NCBI GenBank assembly: GCA_951406725.2
Contig: OX597814.1
Coordinates: 112,034,001 to 112,098,000 of the forward strand
DNA length: 64,000 nucleotides
Direction: 5' to 3'
Source: Octopus vulgaris
Taxonomy: Eukaryota
Position 1 is the stretch's first letter, and every line of letters begins with the position of its first letter. The position numbers and the translations under genes were made by a program. The notes below the pieces were generated by a model that saw nothing but the letters and a program-made list of their open reading frames with translations, made no database searches and was not told the origin of the DNA. Below are positions 1 through 13,372 of this stretch, piece after piece.

Positions 1-80
1 CAACAATAATTCAAATTTAGACACAAGGTCTCCCAGTCATGCCCCAACATCACTTCGATGGCGTCTGGTGCTCTCTCACA

Positions 81-99
81 CAACAACAACAACAACAAC

Positions 100-167
<68 letters not shown>

Positions 168-168
168 C

Positions 169-228
<60 letters not shown>
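81..228. repeat. compound microsatellite (AAC)n-(AAT)n followed by (ATT)n
   Basis: Directly visible; explains the poly-N/poly-Y/poly-I ORFs at 58-291. Confidence 0.98.
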
Positions 229-229
<1 letters not shown>

Positions 230-643
230 TCTACTCTAGGCACAAGGCCTTGAAAATTTTTTGTGGAAGATGTGGGGGGAGTGGGAGGTGATAGTCTATT
301 ACATCAACCCTAGTGCATAACTGGTACTTAATTCATACACCCCGAAAGGATGAAAGGCAAAGTCGACCTCGGCGGAATTTGGACTCAGAACGTAACGGCA
401 GGCGAATTACCTAATTCTTTACTACCCACAAGGGGCTAAACACAGAGAGGACAAACAATGACAGACAAACGGATTAAGTCGATTATATCGACCTCAGTGC
501 GCGACTGGTACTTAATTTATCGACCCCTAAAGGATGAAAGGCAAAGTCGACCTCGGCGGAATTTGAACTCAGAATGTAGCGGCAGGCGAAATACCGCTAA
601 GCATTTCGCCCGGCGTGCTAACGACTCTACCGGCTCGTCGCCC
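229..643 (-). mobile_element. SINE family B (tRNA-derived head plus Meta/MESC-like domain), head-to-tail dimer
   Basis: Minus strand has a tRNA-like head with B-box-like GAGTTCAAATTCC, then GCCGAGGTCGACTTTGCCTTTCATCCTTT.GGGGTCGATAAA..AAGTACC; more than 15 related copies in the window. Confidence 0.85.
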
Positions 644-645
644 TC

Positions 646-715
<70 letters not shown>

Positions 716-750
716 TAATAATAATAATGATAATGATGATGCAATACCCA

Positions 751-1249
751 TGCCCTGATGCAGTACCAGGCAGTGGCTCTCATGGCTTCTGAACTCAACT
801 GATTGGAAGTGTTATCATGTACATTGCTTTGTCTTGGTATAAAAGATGGGCTACAGCAAATATTCTGCTTAATACCACAGATTTGCTTGTCAGTTGCTTA
901 ACCATAACCAGTTGAGCATGTCTCTTAGTGGCTGACGATATGTGCATCTCTGATCACAAGCAGAAGTAGTGGGGGAGCATCATAGCCATGTATTGAGAGG
1001 GATTCTTTGGGGTTTTGATAATTCAGCTCCGGGAATTTGGGTGTTTCGTTCATCATCCTTAAACAACCCTTATTCAGGGATATTTTTAGCGGGATGGGCT
1101 ACTCGACCTGAAAAGAATTGCAACTGGGCTCCACCTGCAAGGTCATGCGCTGTTTATCTTGATATAAGATCACCATGTCGCGCACAGACGGGTAGTCATG
1201 ATGGGTATACTGGGCTTCGTATATTTGCCTCTGCACTGCTCTCTCACTC

Positions 1250-1250
<1 letters not shown>
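751..1250. mobile_element. interspersed ~500-550 bp non-coding element family A, flanked by (AAT)n
   Basis: Starts TGCCCTGATGCAGTACCAGG, ends CTGCTCTCTCACTCA; homologous copies at 34183-34525, 50953-51103, 51178-51727 and a 3' remnant at ~40-80. No ORF or TIR seen. Confidence 0.85.
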
Positions 1251-1290
<40 letters not shown>

Positions 1291-1628
1291 GAAGAAGAAG
1301 AAGAAGAAGAAGAAAAAAAAAAAAGAAGAAGAATGATTTCAACTTTTGTTACAAGGCCAGCAATTTTGAGGAAGGGTAAGACGATTACATCGGCCCCAGT
1401 GTTCAACTGGCACCTATTTTACCGATCCCGAATGGGTGAAAGGAAACTCAACCGTAGCAGAATTTGAGCTCAGAGCGTAAGGACGAACGAAATACCATAA
1501 AACGTTTTGACCGGCATGCTAACTATTTTGCCAGCTCGCCCCCAAAGAAATTAGAAACTTATTACTATCAAGGGTTATATCATTAGAGAATCTGAAACGA
1601 TTTGTTTTCTGCCAATCAAAGCGGAGTG

Positions 1629-1806
1629 ATGGAAAATTTCTGACCCATAACACTGCCTGATACAGAATTCAAGATTGTGGCAAAGGCGTTCGCCAAGAGG
1701 CCAACATTTGTGAGTAGCGTCGTCGGAGAGGCTCAGACCTATGCAATCCCAGGCAGATCTATCCATGCCAACCGTTTTCACATGTGTTACATCGTGAGAT
1801 CGGGTC
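1629..1806 (+). pseudogene. L1/Tx1-clade LINE reverse transcriptase fragment
   Basis: Translates ENF*PITLPDTEFKIVAKAFAKR...VVGEAQTYAIPGRSIHAN, matching the N-terminal RT motifs (NxRPITLLNxDxKILAK; QxxxIPGRSIxDN); in-frame stop. Confidence 0.85.
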
Positions 1807-1904
1807 TGTAATAGATTTGCAAAAGTGTTGCGGCGCAGGGTATCCTGAATGACGGAAAACGTGAAAGTTAATGTGTGCACTTTATACGAAAATTCCATAA
1901 TGTA

Positions 1905-2300
1905 GGCGTAGGCGTGGTTGTGTGGTAAGTAGCTTGCTTACGAGCCACATGGTTTCGGGCTCAGTCCCACTGCGTGGCATCTTGGGCAAGTGTCTTCTAC
2001 TATAGCCTCGACCGACCAAAGCCATATGACTGGATTTGATAGACGGAAACTGAAAGAAGCCCGTCGTATATATACATATGTATATATATGTATGTGTGTC
2101 TGTGATTGTTCCCCCAACATTGCTTGACAACCGATGCTGGTGTGTTTAAGTCCCTGTAACTTAGCGGTTCAGCAAAAGAGACCGATAGAATACGTACTAG
2201 GCTTACGAAGAATAAGTCCTGGGGTCGATTTGTTCGACTAAAGGCGGGGCTCCAGCATGGCCGCAGTCAAAATAACTGAAACAAGTAAAAGAGTAAAGAG
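1905..2300 (+). mobile_element. SINE family C (tRNA-derived, CORE-like domain, internal (TA)/(TG) microsatellite)
   Basis: Head GGCGTAGGCGTGGTTGTGTGGTAAG, CORE-like CTTGGGCAAGTGTCTTCTACTATAGCCTCG, tail GAAACAAGTAAAAGAG; possible TAATGT target duplication; about 13 copies or halves in the window. Confidence 0.85.
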
Positions 2301-2559
2301 TAATGTGCCCTAGTGGAGAATTTCCACCTAGGACTAATCAAGGGTCCCTGAAGATACAAGTTTACTTTGACAACCAAGGGCTACTACCCTCTGCCAGCTG
2401 CCGTTCCCATGACTATAATCGCAGGCTAAGAATAGGATCAGTCATTCAAGCCACCCCATCACTTTCACTCACACCTACAATCTATATTATCTGAATCTGT
2501 ATAATCTGTATTAAAAAACGCGCAGAGAAACTCCTTAAACAGATTTGTATGTCAAAGAA

Positions 2560-3163
2560 CACATGGCTTTACTCTGAATGTTATCGGCAGATCGCCAGAC
2601 ACCACATTTCGATCTAATTTGATCCCTCAGCGATGAGTATTTTCGGACTTTCTGGGATAAGCCCATTCCTCCCACTAAAAAAGGAAAATGTTTGTTTCAA
2701 GACCAAATTAAGTCAAAACACTGTCTGGCAATCCGCCGATGACCTTCCGAGCGAATTATATGATTTCTTCGGGAAGTTTCTCGGATTCAAATTATTACAG
2801 CAGGTAACATTGTTTGTGTATACATTATCAATGTTTTTTTCACATCGCTATTTTCACCTAAGGCTGTTTCAAATACGGTTATTGATTTTACTTTAGCATA
2901 GCCAACTTTCTCATAAATCACTGAATGTTTACCGATTTTTTATCTCAGAACGAATAATTTTGGTTAAGTTTACAAAGTTTTGGAAGTACTTGTCACCGAG
3001 GAGAGCAACTGAGGTCAAAACATCGGTGTTTGACGATTCACCGACGAAATTTTGAGCGAGCCTTGTGGTTTTTGACACACAAAATGTTTTTGAGAAGATT
3101 TTCTGAGATAAAATTTTACAGCTAGCGCTGTTCCACGTTCGTATAACTATAAATTTTAGACAT
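2560..3163 (-). pseudogene. possible heavily decayed Tc1/mariner-type transposase
   Basis: Starts MSKIYSYTNVEQR then AVKFY (EQRxxIKF-like); downstream IWS*NKHF resembles IWFSDEAHF. Multiple frameshifts, no TIR found. Confidence 0.35.
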
Positions 3164-3297
3164 AGTATTATAAAATGTTTTGATCTGAAATATTTGAGAA
3201 AATTAAGAACAAAATTCATGAATATGTTACGCAGCATTCTGAGGCACCAGGGTCACAACATAACATTAATACTAACAAAAAACAAAAATACTGAGCA

Positions 3298-4021
3298 GGC
3301 GCAGGAATGGCTGTGTGGTAGGAACCGTGCTTCCCAACCACATGCTTCCGGGTTCAGTCCCATTGCGTGGCACCCTGGGCAAGTGTCTTCTACTATAGCC
3401 TCGGGCCGATCAAAGCCTTGAATGGATTTGGTAAACCGAAACTGAAAGAAGCCCGTCGTATATATATATATATATATATATATTTAGTGTAGGAAGAAAT
3501 GGAGCTGAACGAAGATTTAACAAAATTCCTTTTTATTATTTTCTACATATGTTTCAAAGGCTGCAAAGTCCCTAATTCGGATTGAATAAGGAGTCCATTT
3601 TGCAGCCTTCTCTTCAGGAAAATCCAGGAACTTAATTCTCCAACAAAATGCACAGCAAGCTTTTCGACAAACGCTCACGAGGAGCCCATGGGATAAATGG
3701 CACAAAACTGTCTATCAATATGCGTTGACACCAGGCTGGGTGAAAGCCGACGAAAAAGTCCGTTGAGATAATTCAAGGTCAAAATCCGGTTATATATATA
3801 TATATATATTTGTGTGTGTCGGTGTTTTCCCCACTCATCACTTGACAATCGATGTTGGTATGTTTGCGTCCCCGAAACTTAGCGGTTCGGCAAAAGAGAC
3901 CGATAGAATAAGTACTAGGCTTACAAAGAATAAGTCCTGGGGTCGACTTGTTCGACTAAAGGCAGTGCTCCAGCATGGTCGCAGTCTAATGAATGAAACT
4001 AGTGAAAGAATAAAAGAATAA
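3298..4021 (+). mobile_element. SINE family C copy split by a 307-bp insert (3484-3790) in its internal (TA)n
   Basis: 5' half ends GAAGCCCGTCG(TA)n; 3' half resumes after a second (TA)n at 3791. Confidence 0.85.
3538..3623 (-). ncRNA. type I hammerhead ribozyme motif, canonical core
   Basis: AUUUUC-CUGAAGA-GAAGGCUGCAAA...UUUGCAGCCUUU-GAA-ACAUAUGU-A-GAAAAU: 6-bp helix I, 12-bp helix II, palindromic helix III, GUA site. Confidence 0.9.
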
Positions 4022-4054
4022 CAGAATATTTCTTCACGAAAAGTATCATAACTT

Positions 4055-4718
4055 TTATCGCTTAGTCTTTCCAGTTATTAGACTGCGCCCATGCCGGAGC
4101 ACCGCTTTGAAAAAGTTTTAGTCAAATGAATCGAGCCCAGTACCCTTTTTTTTCTTTTTTCCTTTTCAAAAGCTTGTTACTTATTCTATCGGTCACTTTT
4201 GCCAAACTGCTAAGTTACGGGGACGTAAACACACAAACACCAGTTTTCAACAGGTGTGTATGCGGGGGGGGGGCACAAACACTGACAAAAGGATGCACAC
4301 ACACACACGCACAGAGACACACACACACACAGGCACACGCAGACAGGCTTCTTTCAGTTTCCTTATTTCTTTACTGCCAACAAGGGCCTATATATAGAGT
4401 GGACAAACAAGGACAGACAAACAGATTAAATCGATTATATCGACCCCAGTGCGTAACTGGTACTTATTTAATCGACCCCGAAAGGATGAAAGGCAAAGTC
4501 GACCTCGGCGGAATTTGAACTCAGAACGTAGCGGCAGACGAAATACCGCTAAGCGTTTCGCGTGGCGTGCTAACGTTTCTGCCAGCTCGGTGCCGTCAAC
4601 CAAATCATTTCACAAGGCTTTGGTCAGTCCGAAGATATAGTAAAAGACATTTGCTCAAAGTGCCATGGTGCCATAAGGATGGGTCAGAACTACGAGGTTG
4701 GGAAGCCAGTTTCTTGCC
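4055..4718 (-). mobile_element. SINE family C copy with nested SINE family B (4363-4590)
   Basis: Family C sequence ...CTTTCAGTTTCC stops at ~4362 and resumes CCGTCAACCAAATC at ~4593 around a full family B copy. Confidence 0.8.
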
Positions 4719-5014
4719 ATCCCTGCGCCTAAATGTTAATTCTATTTAATTCTAATAACATTGATTTTCATTTAACATTTAAAAATATTAAAGAGCAGCA
4801 GAAGGGTATTGGTTTAGCAAAATGGGTCGGGATTGTTAAGGGCTGGACACTGCTGGCTTAGCGCAAATCCTTGAGCAACTCATGTACCAGGAGTTAAACC
4901 TCAATAATTGTGTTTGCAAATCAAATGTAATTTGTATGTGGGTCAAACATCTGCACCACCTCCGCTCCCGATCTTCCTCTTTCTCCTCCTCTCTCACTCC
5001 CCCTCTCTCTCTCA

Positions 5015-5047
<33 letters not shown>

Positions 5048-5149
5048 TCTCTTTCTCTCTTTCTCTCAACCGAAGAAGGAAACATCAGTGACTGTTGCAC
5101 TAAAACTCCAGTCGATTACAATACCAGACTTATATCAGATTTAGCTTCG

Positions 5150-5312
5150 CATATGTGTGTATGTATGTAGCTTAGTTATATATAAATATATATGTGTGTG
5201 TGTGTGTGTGTATGTGTGTGTGTATTTGAGTAGTAATATATGCGGGAACACGCATAACTTCACACACACATATATGTATGTATATATTTATACATATATG
5301 TATGTATAAATA

Positions 5313-5378
<66 letters not shown>

Positions 5379-5547
5379 CATGCATATACGCTTATATACA
5401 TATGTATATATACACATACACATACATATATATATATGTACAGTTGTACAGATGGGTGTATACATACTCTAATACGTATGAACATATATGTATATATACA
5501 TACATACATACACATACATAGAAAACACACACGCATACATGCATACA

Positions 5548-5645
<98 letters not shown>

Positions 5646-5980
5646 TATATTATATAGATATAGATATAGATATATATACGCACGCACACATACATACGTA
5701 CGTACATACATACATACATACATACATACGTACATAGATGTATGTATCTACGTATGTATGTATGTTTGTATGTATGTATATACATGCCGAAGGGAGCAAA
5801 ATGGCATGTTTACGTATAAATCCTCACACACACACACACACTAACATACATATATACACATATATACATACATACACCCCCAACACGTTCCATATATATA
5901 CACATATGTATTATACACACACGTACTCATATACATACGTACGTACGTCCTTCTACACACACACATACATACACCCACAG
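5150..5980. repeat. compound (TA)n/(TACA)n/(CA)n microsatellite field (representative; similar fields at 6430-7245, 12110-13380, 16570-17450, 19030-20330, 26910-27430, 31560-32640, 41100-42460, 60130-62610)
   Basis: Directly visible; source of the YI/HT/CV/MYVC ORFs. Confidence 0.97.
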
Positions 5981-7913
5981 TATTCGGCGTCTTTTGACGT
6001 GTTTATTGATTTGGGTCAGGGCATATGCATCGATGTGGAACACAACATGAATTTCCCCTCTTCATTTATACAACAAACACACTCTGCTCTCACTCCTAAT
6101 CATTTAGATGCTGCTGAGCCTATCTACACCATTGCTCCAATGTAGATTATCACTTAGAGATGTGTTTTACAGCAATGTAGATTTGTTAGACAGAGGCGAG
6201 TAGTAGGCAGGAATTAAACAAAAACAAAACGGGAAGAAGACGGATAGAAAGACAGGGAGAGAGAAGGAAAAAAATGGAGTAAGGATGAATGGAAGGGAGG
6301 AAGTAGAGAGTAGTTATAACGGTGATGATGGTGGTGGTGGTGGCGGGGAAGATCGATTCAATATGGCGGATTAGTAAATACATCGAGTCGTTAAATTAAA
6401 ATCTAGTAATGAGGGACGTGAAGCAAGTCGTTTTATGAATGTGACATGAGTGTATGCATTATGTATGCATTTATTGTGTATGTGTATCTATGTGTGTATG
6501 TACATATGTGTTTATTTATGGATGTAAGTATGAATGTATGTACGTGTGAGTGTGTGTATATGTACGCATGTTTGAATTATTATATGTATGTTCCCTTCTA
6601 TTTTTAACTTATTCAGATCTTTCTGTAAGAGTACGTACGTACGTATGTATGTATGTATGTATGTATGTATGTATGTATGTATGTATGTATGTATGTATGT
6701 ATGTATGTATGTATGTATGTATGTGTGTGTGTGTTTATGCATGTATGTATGTGTTATGTGTATATGTATATGTATGTGTGCGTGTATGAATGGCTGTATG
6801 TGCGTCTCCTCTATTTTTAACTATTTGAGATCTTCCTGTAAGGAAGGATCTGGTTTCTAACCACGATAAAAATCTCTATCGTTGGAATGTGAATAACAAA
6901 AACTTCTTCACGTTTTGAAATTGAGAAAAGTCTTGCATATCTTTACTGTTCCGCTTACTGATTGTATATGTAATGTGCGTATTAACTGGTTGGTTTCTGT
7001 TTCTGAAATGCTTGTGTATATATATTTGCTTGTATGCATGTATGTAAGTATGTGTGTATGTGTGTATGTTTGTATGTTTGTATGTATGTATGTATGCATG
7101 TATGTATGTATGTGTGTACATGTGTATGCATGTATGTATGTATGTATGTATGTATGTATGTATGTATGTATGTATGTATATCTGAATCTATGCGTCTATG
7201 TATGTGTGTACATGACTATGTATGCATGTGTGTATGTATATACTTAAGTATGACACGGTACGGCACCCAAATCGGTGGTTGATCGTACAAAGGAGAGTAA
7301 CTCATCCCTTCTTTTCGTAGACTGGAGAGGCACCTTGGGCAAGTGATAGCAACCTGGTAGCCTCCCGTGCCAGGGATGCGATGAAAACGTAGGCAGCAGG
7401 ATGTTGGATAACCGACGAGGCGGAGGAGACCTAGACGGAAGAGCTATACCATCAGACAACGGTTGTACGTCAACTGAGCTTGCTAGCGCAGGGCAGCCCC
7501 ATCGCCAACCATACTCGTTTGCACTCTTGTCCATCACTTGATATTTGGGATGGAGGTCCGGAGAGGCAGTTTGGTTGGGATGCGAGGCCAACTGCCTTAC
7601 TCACCGTCCAAGTCATTTTGTTCAGAGAAGCGCGAAGCCCTGTGGCGATGTCCTGAACAGAAGAGTCAACGTCGACGACAACGTCTCAATATATCCATGT
7701 GAGACAGAAACCGTTAAGATAAATTTATATTATCAAAACAAAAAAAAGCATTTCTTTTATGTTCTTATTCTTTCTTTTCTTTACTCGAATAATTTTTTTT
7801 CTTGGCCACTCAACTCAAACCAGTTTCTTCTTTCTCGTCTGGCTTAAACATTCCAGACCCGATATACATATAAATTATCGTTAATTAAAATTTCCACAGC
7901 AAATAACCTTTCA

Positions 7914-8045
7914 TGCATGGTTCTGAAGAATCGATCTTCGATCTCGCGTCCATAACACCCCATGTATCAATGGTTGCATATATAATGCATAATATAACAG
8001 AGTTTATGGGATCGATTTTCGATGAAACAATTGTAAATCGATGCA
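7914..8045 (+). ncRNA. type I hammerhead ribozyme motif with long helix II
   Basis: UGCAUGGUU-CUGAAGA-AUCGA...UCGAU-GAA-ACAAUUGU-A-AAUC(G)AUGCA; helix II continues UCGAUCUC/GGGAUCGA and CCAUAA/UUAUGG. Confidence 0.9.
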
Positions 8046-8228
8046 ATAAAAGGACTTACTTCATTCTCCTTGGTTATAATTGTAGAAACTCTTCAGACTT
8101 CTGTGGATTCTTGGGTATGCGTTTCATATAACAAACAATTTCTGGCTTACCATCTATCTGATATCGAGAACCGTGGACGCAGGCTTAATACCTAAATGAA
8201 ATTATAAAGTATATACAATATATACACA

Positions 8229-8284
<56 letters not shown>

Positions 8285-8346
8285 AATGTATTTTGCCCGG
8301 ATTGATAATCTCCCACTATTTGTTCTCTCTCTCCCCCTCTCTTTCT

Positions 8347-8403
<57 letters not shown>

Positions 8404-8962
8404 AACAGTCAAATTTCGAACAAAACTTAGGAAGCAAGCAAAATAAGTGAGAGAGCTTGTAGCGATCGAATAATTTTCTCTCAGACATAGACAAACTTTT
8501 ACAATGGTTACTCCGAATCTCACGTGAAACCCAGAATATTTCTCTGAGGTTACGTGAATATCAAAAGCCCACACACGTATTGCGGAGCTGTCCACTTTGA
8601 TAGGACGATGCTTGCTTTACAGACACACATCACACTCTCGTACACAGAGTCTTTTTATTAAGATTACGCTAATACCAAAGCCTCTGCACACATTCTAATG
8701 ATGTGTGCATTTGATGGCTGCTTCACTGAAACACACCATAGGCTGCATCCAAGACAAGACCATTTTAACGATTGGCAGGCGTTCAATTAGCAGCACATGC
8801 CAATCAATAACTCACAGACACACCTTCCTGACCTTTGTCTCATCTATCGATACTACAATGGCTTTTGAACTAACTAGATGCATATATCTTCTACCTAGGT
8901 CCACCTGATCAACCAGTTTTTCCTCATCTGGCCACCATCTCTTTCTTACCTGGTTGGACACG

Positions 8963-9400
8963 TACTGCATCCTTCACTCAATACCCCTTCCTTTGAACTT
9001 ACAGACCTCTGAAGTTCACTGCCGCCATGTTCTCTCACAGACATTGCCCGACAGCTTCATTATTCTCATTAGTTCTGGTTGGCCCGGTAATCTCTTGGGC
9101 TCTGTCCCTCCTCATATTAAAAGTCTCTAAATGTAGCATCTATCATCGTGAAATAAAACTAAACACAAAATACAAATTGAATTGTTCTTCAGCGTCTCAC
9201 TTTCAGTCAACTTTATGGCCACACTACTGTATTACTTGGTAGCGCCCACACTACATCCTTCGCCCAATTCCTCTTTCCTCTACTGGCCACCCCTACTGTT
9301 TTACTTGGTAGAACCCACACTGCATCCTTCGCCCAATTCCTCTTTCCTTCAGCTGCGGGCCTCTGAAATTCACAGCCGCCATGTTCTATTGTAGACATTG
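8963..9400. repeat. local direct repeats: two 69-bp-period units (9224-9348) and an ~80-bp diverged repeat (8963-9046 / 9320-9400)
   Basis: CTACTGT.TTACTTGGTAG..CCCACACT.CATCCTTCGCCCAATTCCTCTTTCCT twice; CCTCTGAA.TTCAC.GCCGCCATGTTCT twice. Confidence 0.85.
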
Positions 9401-9664
9401 CAAAATGTTGCTAACCGTTTCGTCCGGTGTTGCTAACGACTCTAACAGTTTGCTGCCTTAAACCTTTTAGCATGTAAACAAACCATATTCGGCCAAAATA
9501 TTCTTCAAAATGTCCAGATCTGGCCTCTCACACCTACCCTACAATGCCTTTCTAAAAATAAATAATCACAATATATAACTATCTTAGATACATTCATATG
9601 TACATACACGCACCAATACTACCACATACACACCTGTATGTATATACAAACACACACAAACACG

Positions 9665-9995
9665 CAGTCTCTCTTTCTCTCCTCCTCTCTCTCTCTTTCT
9701 TTCCCTCTCTCCCTCTCTATCCCCGCCCACTCTCCCTCTCTCTCCCTCCATCTCTTTTCTCTCTCCCTCTCTCTCCCTCCATCTCTTTTCTCTCTCCCTC
9801 TCTCTCCCTCCATCTCTTTTCTCTCTTCCTCTCTCTTTCTCACACTCTTTCCCTCCCCCTCTCTCCTCCCATCTCTCTTTCTTTTCCTCCATCTCTCCCT
9901 CTTTCTCTCGTCCCCTCTCTCTTTCCCTCCCTTCTCTCTTTCTCTCCTCTCTCCCTGTCACCCTCTTTCTCCTTTCCTCTCTCCCTCTTTCTATC
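9665..9995. repeat. polypyrimidine (CT-rich) tract; similar tracts at 11210-11830 and 25820-26780
   Basis: Nearly pure C/T for more than 300 bp. Confidence 0.95.
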
Positions 9996-10069
9996 CGCAG
10001 CTGTTGAAAGGACTGAGTGTTACTGAAACCTTCATACCCTCCAGCTGGGCTGGGGGTGGGTGGCTGGTT

Positions 10070-10100
<31 letters not shown>

Positions 10101-10336
10101 TCACCACTCCTCGGCTGCTTCACATTTTCACTGGAGTCACTAGAGCAATGTGAAACTCACTTGCTCAAAGACACAATGTGCCACCCGCTCCATGAATCGA
10201 ACACACGATCCTATGATCATGAACCCAAAATCCTAACCACTTGGCTACACGCCTTCTTCATATTTCTACACGGAAAAATATATACCGTAGGCGTATGTTC
10301 GACAGCAAGATCTTTTTTTTTTTAAACCTTAACCAC

Positions 10337-10370
<34 letters not shown>

Positions 10371-10954
10371 CCACCACCACCACCACCACCACCGCCACCA
10401 CCACCACCACCATCGCCGCCGCCGTTACCTTTTTCCCATGCGCAGTGAACCCGGGAACTTGCAACCCAACGTGTCCTTTCGTAAGAGATCCGTGAGGGTC
10501 ATTTGGTCGGTATTTCTAGCAATGAGAGCGGCCTCATTCAGGCTCTGAGTTTTGGTGGTAGTAATGGTCGTGCTGATGACGGCAATGGTGGTGGTTGTGA
10601 TAATGGCAATGGTGGTGGTGATGGTGGTGATGGTGGTGATGAGAGTGGTTATGATGGTGATGATGGTTGGGTAATGGCTGCGGTGGTAGTGGTGGTGGAT
10701 ATAGTGATGGTTATTTAACGGTGGTGGTGATGCTACTGGTTTCATTTGTCGTTGTTGTTATTGTGGTAGTGGTAGTATTGTGATAGTGGTGGTGGTGGTG
10801 GTGGTTATGGTTGGAGAGCCGTCTCCCCTCCTCCGCACCTTCCCCCCCAAAACGAGGTGTCCAGCAACGCTGAGTTGGTTATCAATTGTCTGCTGTCGAG
10901 TCAATGATGCGTTTGTTGTGACTTGACAAAGACCGTATGATTTCGGATTTGCAC

Positions 10955-11015
<61 letters not shown>

Positions 11016-11142
11016 TCTCCCGCCCCCGTCTCTCTCCTTCCCACTTTCTCTCTTTCTGACTTCTCTCTCTGACTTTTACTCACAGTCTCTCTCGCTACCC
11101 GCTTTTTCTTACTCCCTCCATCTCTCTCTTTCTCTCACTTTA

Positions 11143-11206
<64 letters not shown>

Positions 11207-12351
11207 TGTATTTCTTACCCATAGTTTCTCTCTCTTTCTCTCTCTATCTCTGTCTCTGTCTCTGTGTCATATCTCTATCTTTCCTCACACTCAGTTACTT
11301 CTTCCACCCTTTTCTCTCTCTATCCTTCTTTCTCTCCCTCTATTTCTCTCTCCATATTTTGCTCTGCCTCTCTGTCGCTTTGCCTCTCTTTTTCCCGCTA
11401 TATCTCTGACTCTCTCCCGCGCCCATAGTCGCTCTCGCTTTCGCTCTATCTCTCTTTCTCGCTCCTCTTACTTGTTCTCCATCTCTCCCTCTCTATCTCT
11501 CTGTCCATATTTCTCTCTGTCTCACTATTTCTATATATCTCTCTCTGCCTCTCTCTGCCTCGTTCGCTCTCTGCTTATCTCTCTCTGCCTCTTTCGCCCT
11601 GTCTATATCTCTCTGCCTTTGCCTCTTTCACCCTCTCTGTGTCTCTCTCTGCCTCTCTCTGCCTCTCTCTACCTCTCTTTGCCTCTCTCTGCCTCTTTCG
11701 CCCTCTGTCTATCTCTCTCTCTCTCTCCTTGCCTTTCTCTCCCCGCTCTCTCACTCTCTCCCTTCCTCTCTCTCCCCCTTCTCTCTATCCCTCCTTCTAT
11801 CTCTCCCCTCCACCTCTTCCCCCCCCAATACATTTCCACTCTACCAGACTGTAAAAGCCGTGACATGGAAATCATTGCCTCACACATTTCATCAAAGCTT
11901 TCTCCTCTTGTTTTATTGTTGTTCTTCTATATATTGTTCATGCTGCTGCTGCAGCTGACGATGATGACGATGATGATGATGATGATGATGACATTGATGT
12001 TGCTGCTGTTGTTGTTGTTGTTTTGATTGTTGTTCGATGATGGATGTTTTTTCACCGAGCTTTTGTTTTGCGAAGCGCTGACACGGTTTATATAGAAGTG
12101 AATTAAGACACTCACACACACACACACGAATGCACACACACACACACGCTCACAATGCATCCACACATACATACACACACACACACTTACGCACACACAC
12201 ACAAACACACACGAATACACACACACACGCTCACATTGCATCCACACATACGCACACACTAACCCTCATTCAAATCTCATATACATATATGTATACACAT
12301 TCACTCTCTCTCTCACACACACACATACATACTCTCACACACACACACACG

Positions 12352-12383
<32 letters not shown>

Positions 12384-12819
12384 AATGCTCATACCTACGC
12401 ACACGCGTGTACATACACATACATATACACCCAAACGCATGATGTATACCCCAACGTGTGTATAGCAGCATGTTCGTGGATATTTGTACATTGTATAACA
12501 GACATGTTAATACACAACTTCAATAAAAGCCTTGTGTAACCTATATAGACACACGTGTATGTCTGTGTGTGTATATGAGTTTGTGTGTGTATGTGTGTAG
12601 GTGTTGTATAACATGCGTATATTTATAACATAACATAAGTAATGGATTTGACACAATTTAAACATGCATTCCCTATCACGTGCATATATATATACACACA
12701 ATATATATATATATGTGTGTGTGTGTGTTTACAGATATATACATATACACATATATTTACGCATGTATCTATACAGATATGAACATATATTTACGTAATA
12801 GTTTGAGTGAACGTAATAC

Positions 12820-12868
<49 letters not shown>

Positions 12869-13025
12869 CAAACATATATATATATACATATACCTATATA
12901 TACATACATACACCTATATATTTATATATATACATATAAACATATATACATATACATATGTATTTAAATATGTATATACACAAATATATATATGCATACA
13001 TACATACATACATATATACATACGT

Positions 13026-13090
<65 letters not shown>

Positions 13091-13305
13091 CATATGTAGA
13101 CACACATGTAAGTACAGGAAGAGAAGGTGATTGTGTGAGGTGAGAGACAACCTCGGTTACATAGACACAAATGCAAATAAGCGAAATCTAATACGCATAC
13201 AGACACACACACATATGTATACACACCCTCACACAACGTCCCCTACACACAAACGCACACATATACATTTACACAAGTAAAATATTATTATATGTTTCTC
13301 TTGTA

Positions 13306-13372
<67 letters not shown>

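Noticed and set aside
751-830. Twister or HDV-like ribozyme at the end of family A
   Set aside because: Only a short TAACACTTCC resemblance on the minus strand; the required pseudoknots could not be built.
8405-8700. Penelope GIY-YIG C-terminus (KVCLCLRENY) on the minus strand
   Set aside because: Single weak motif resemblance; too little to call.
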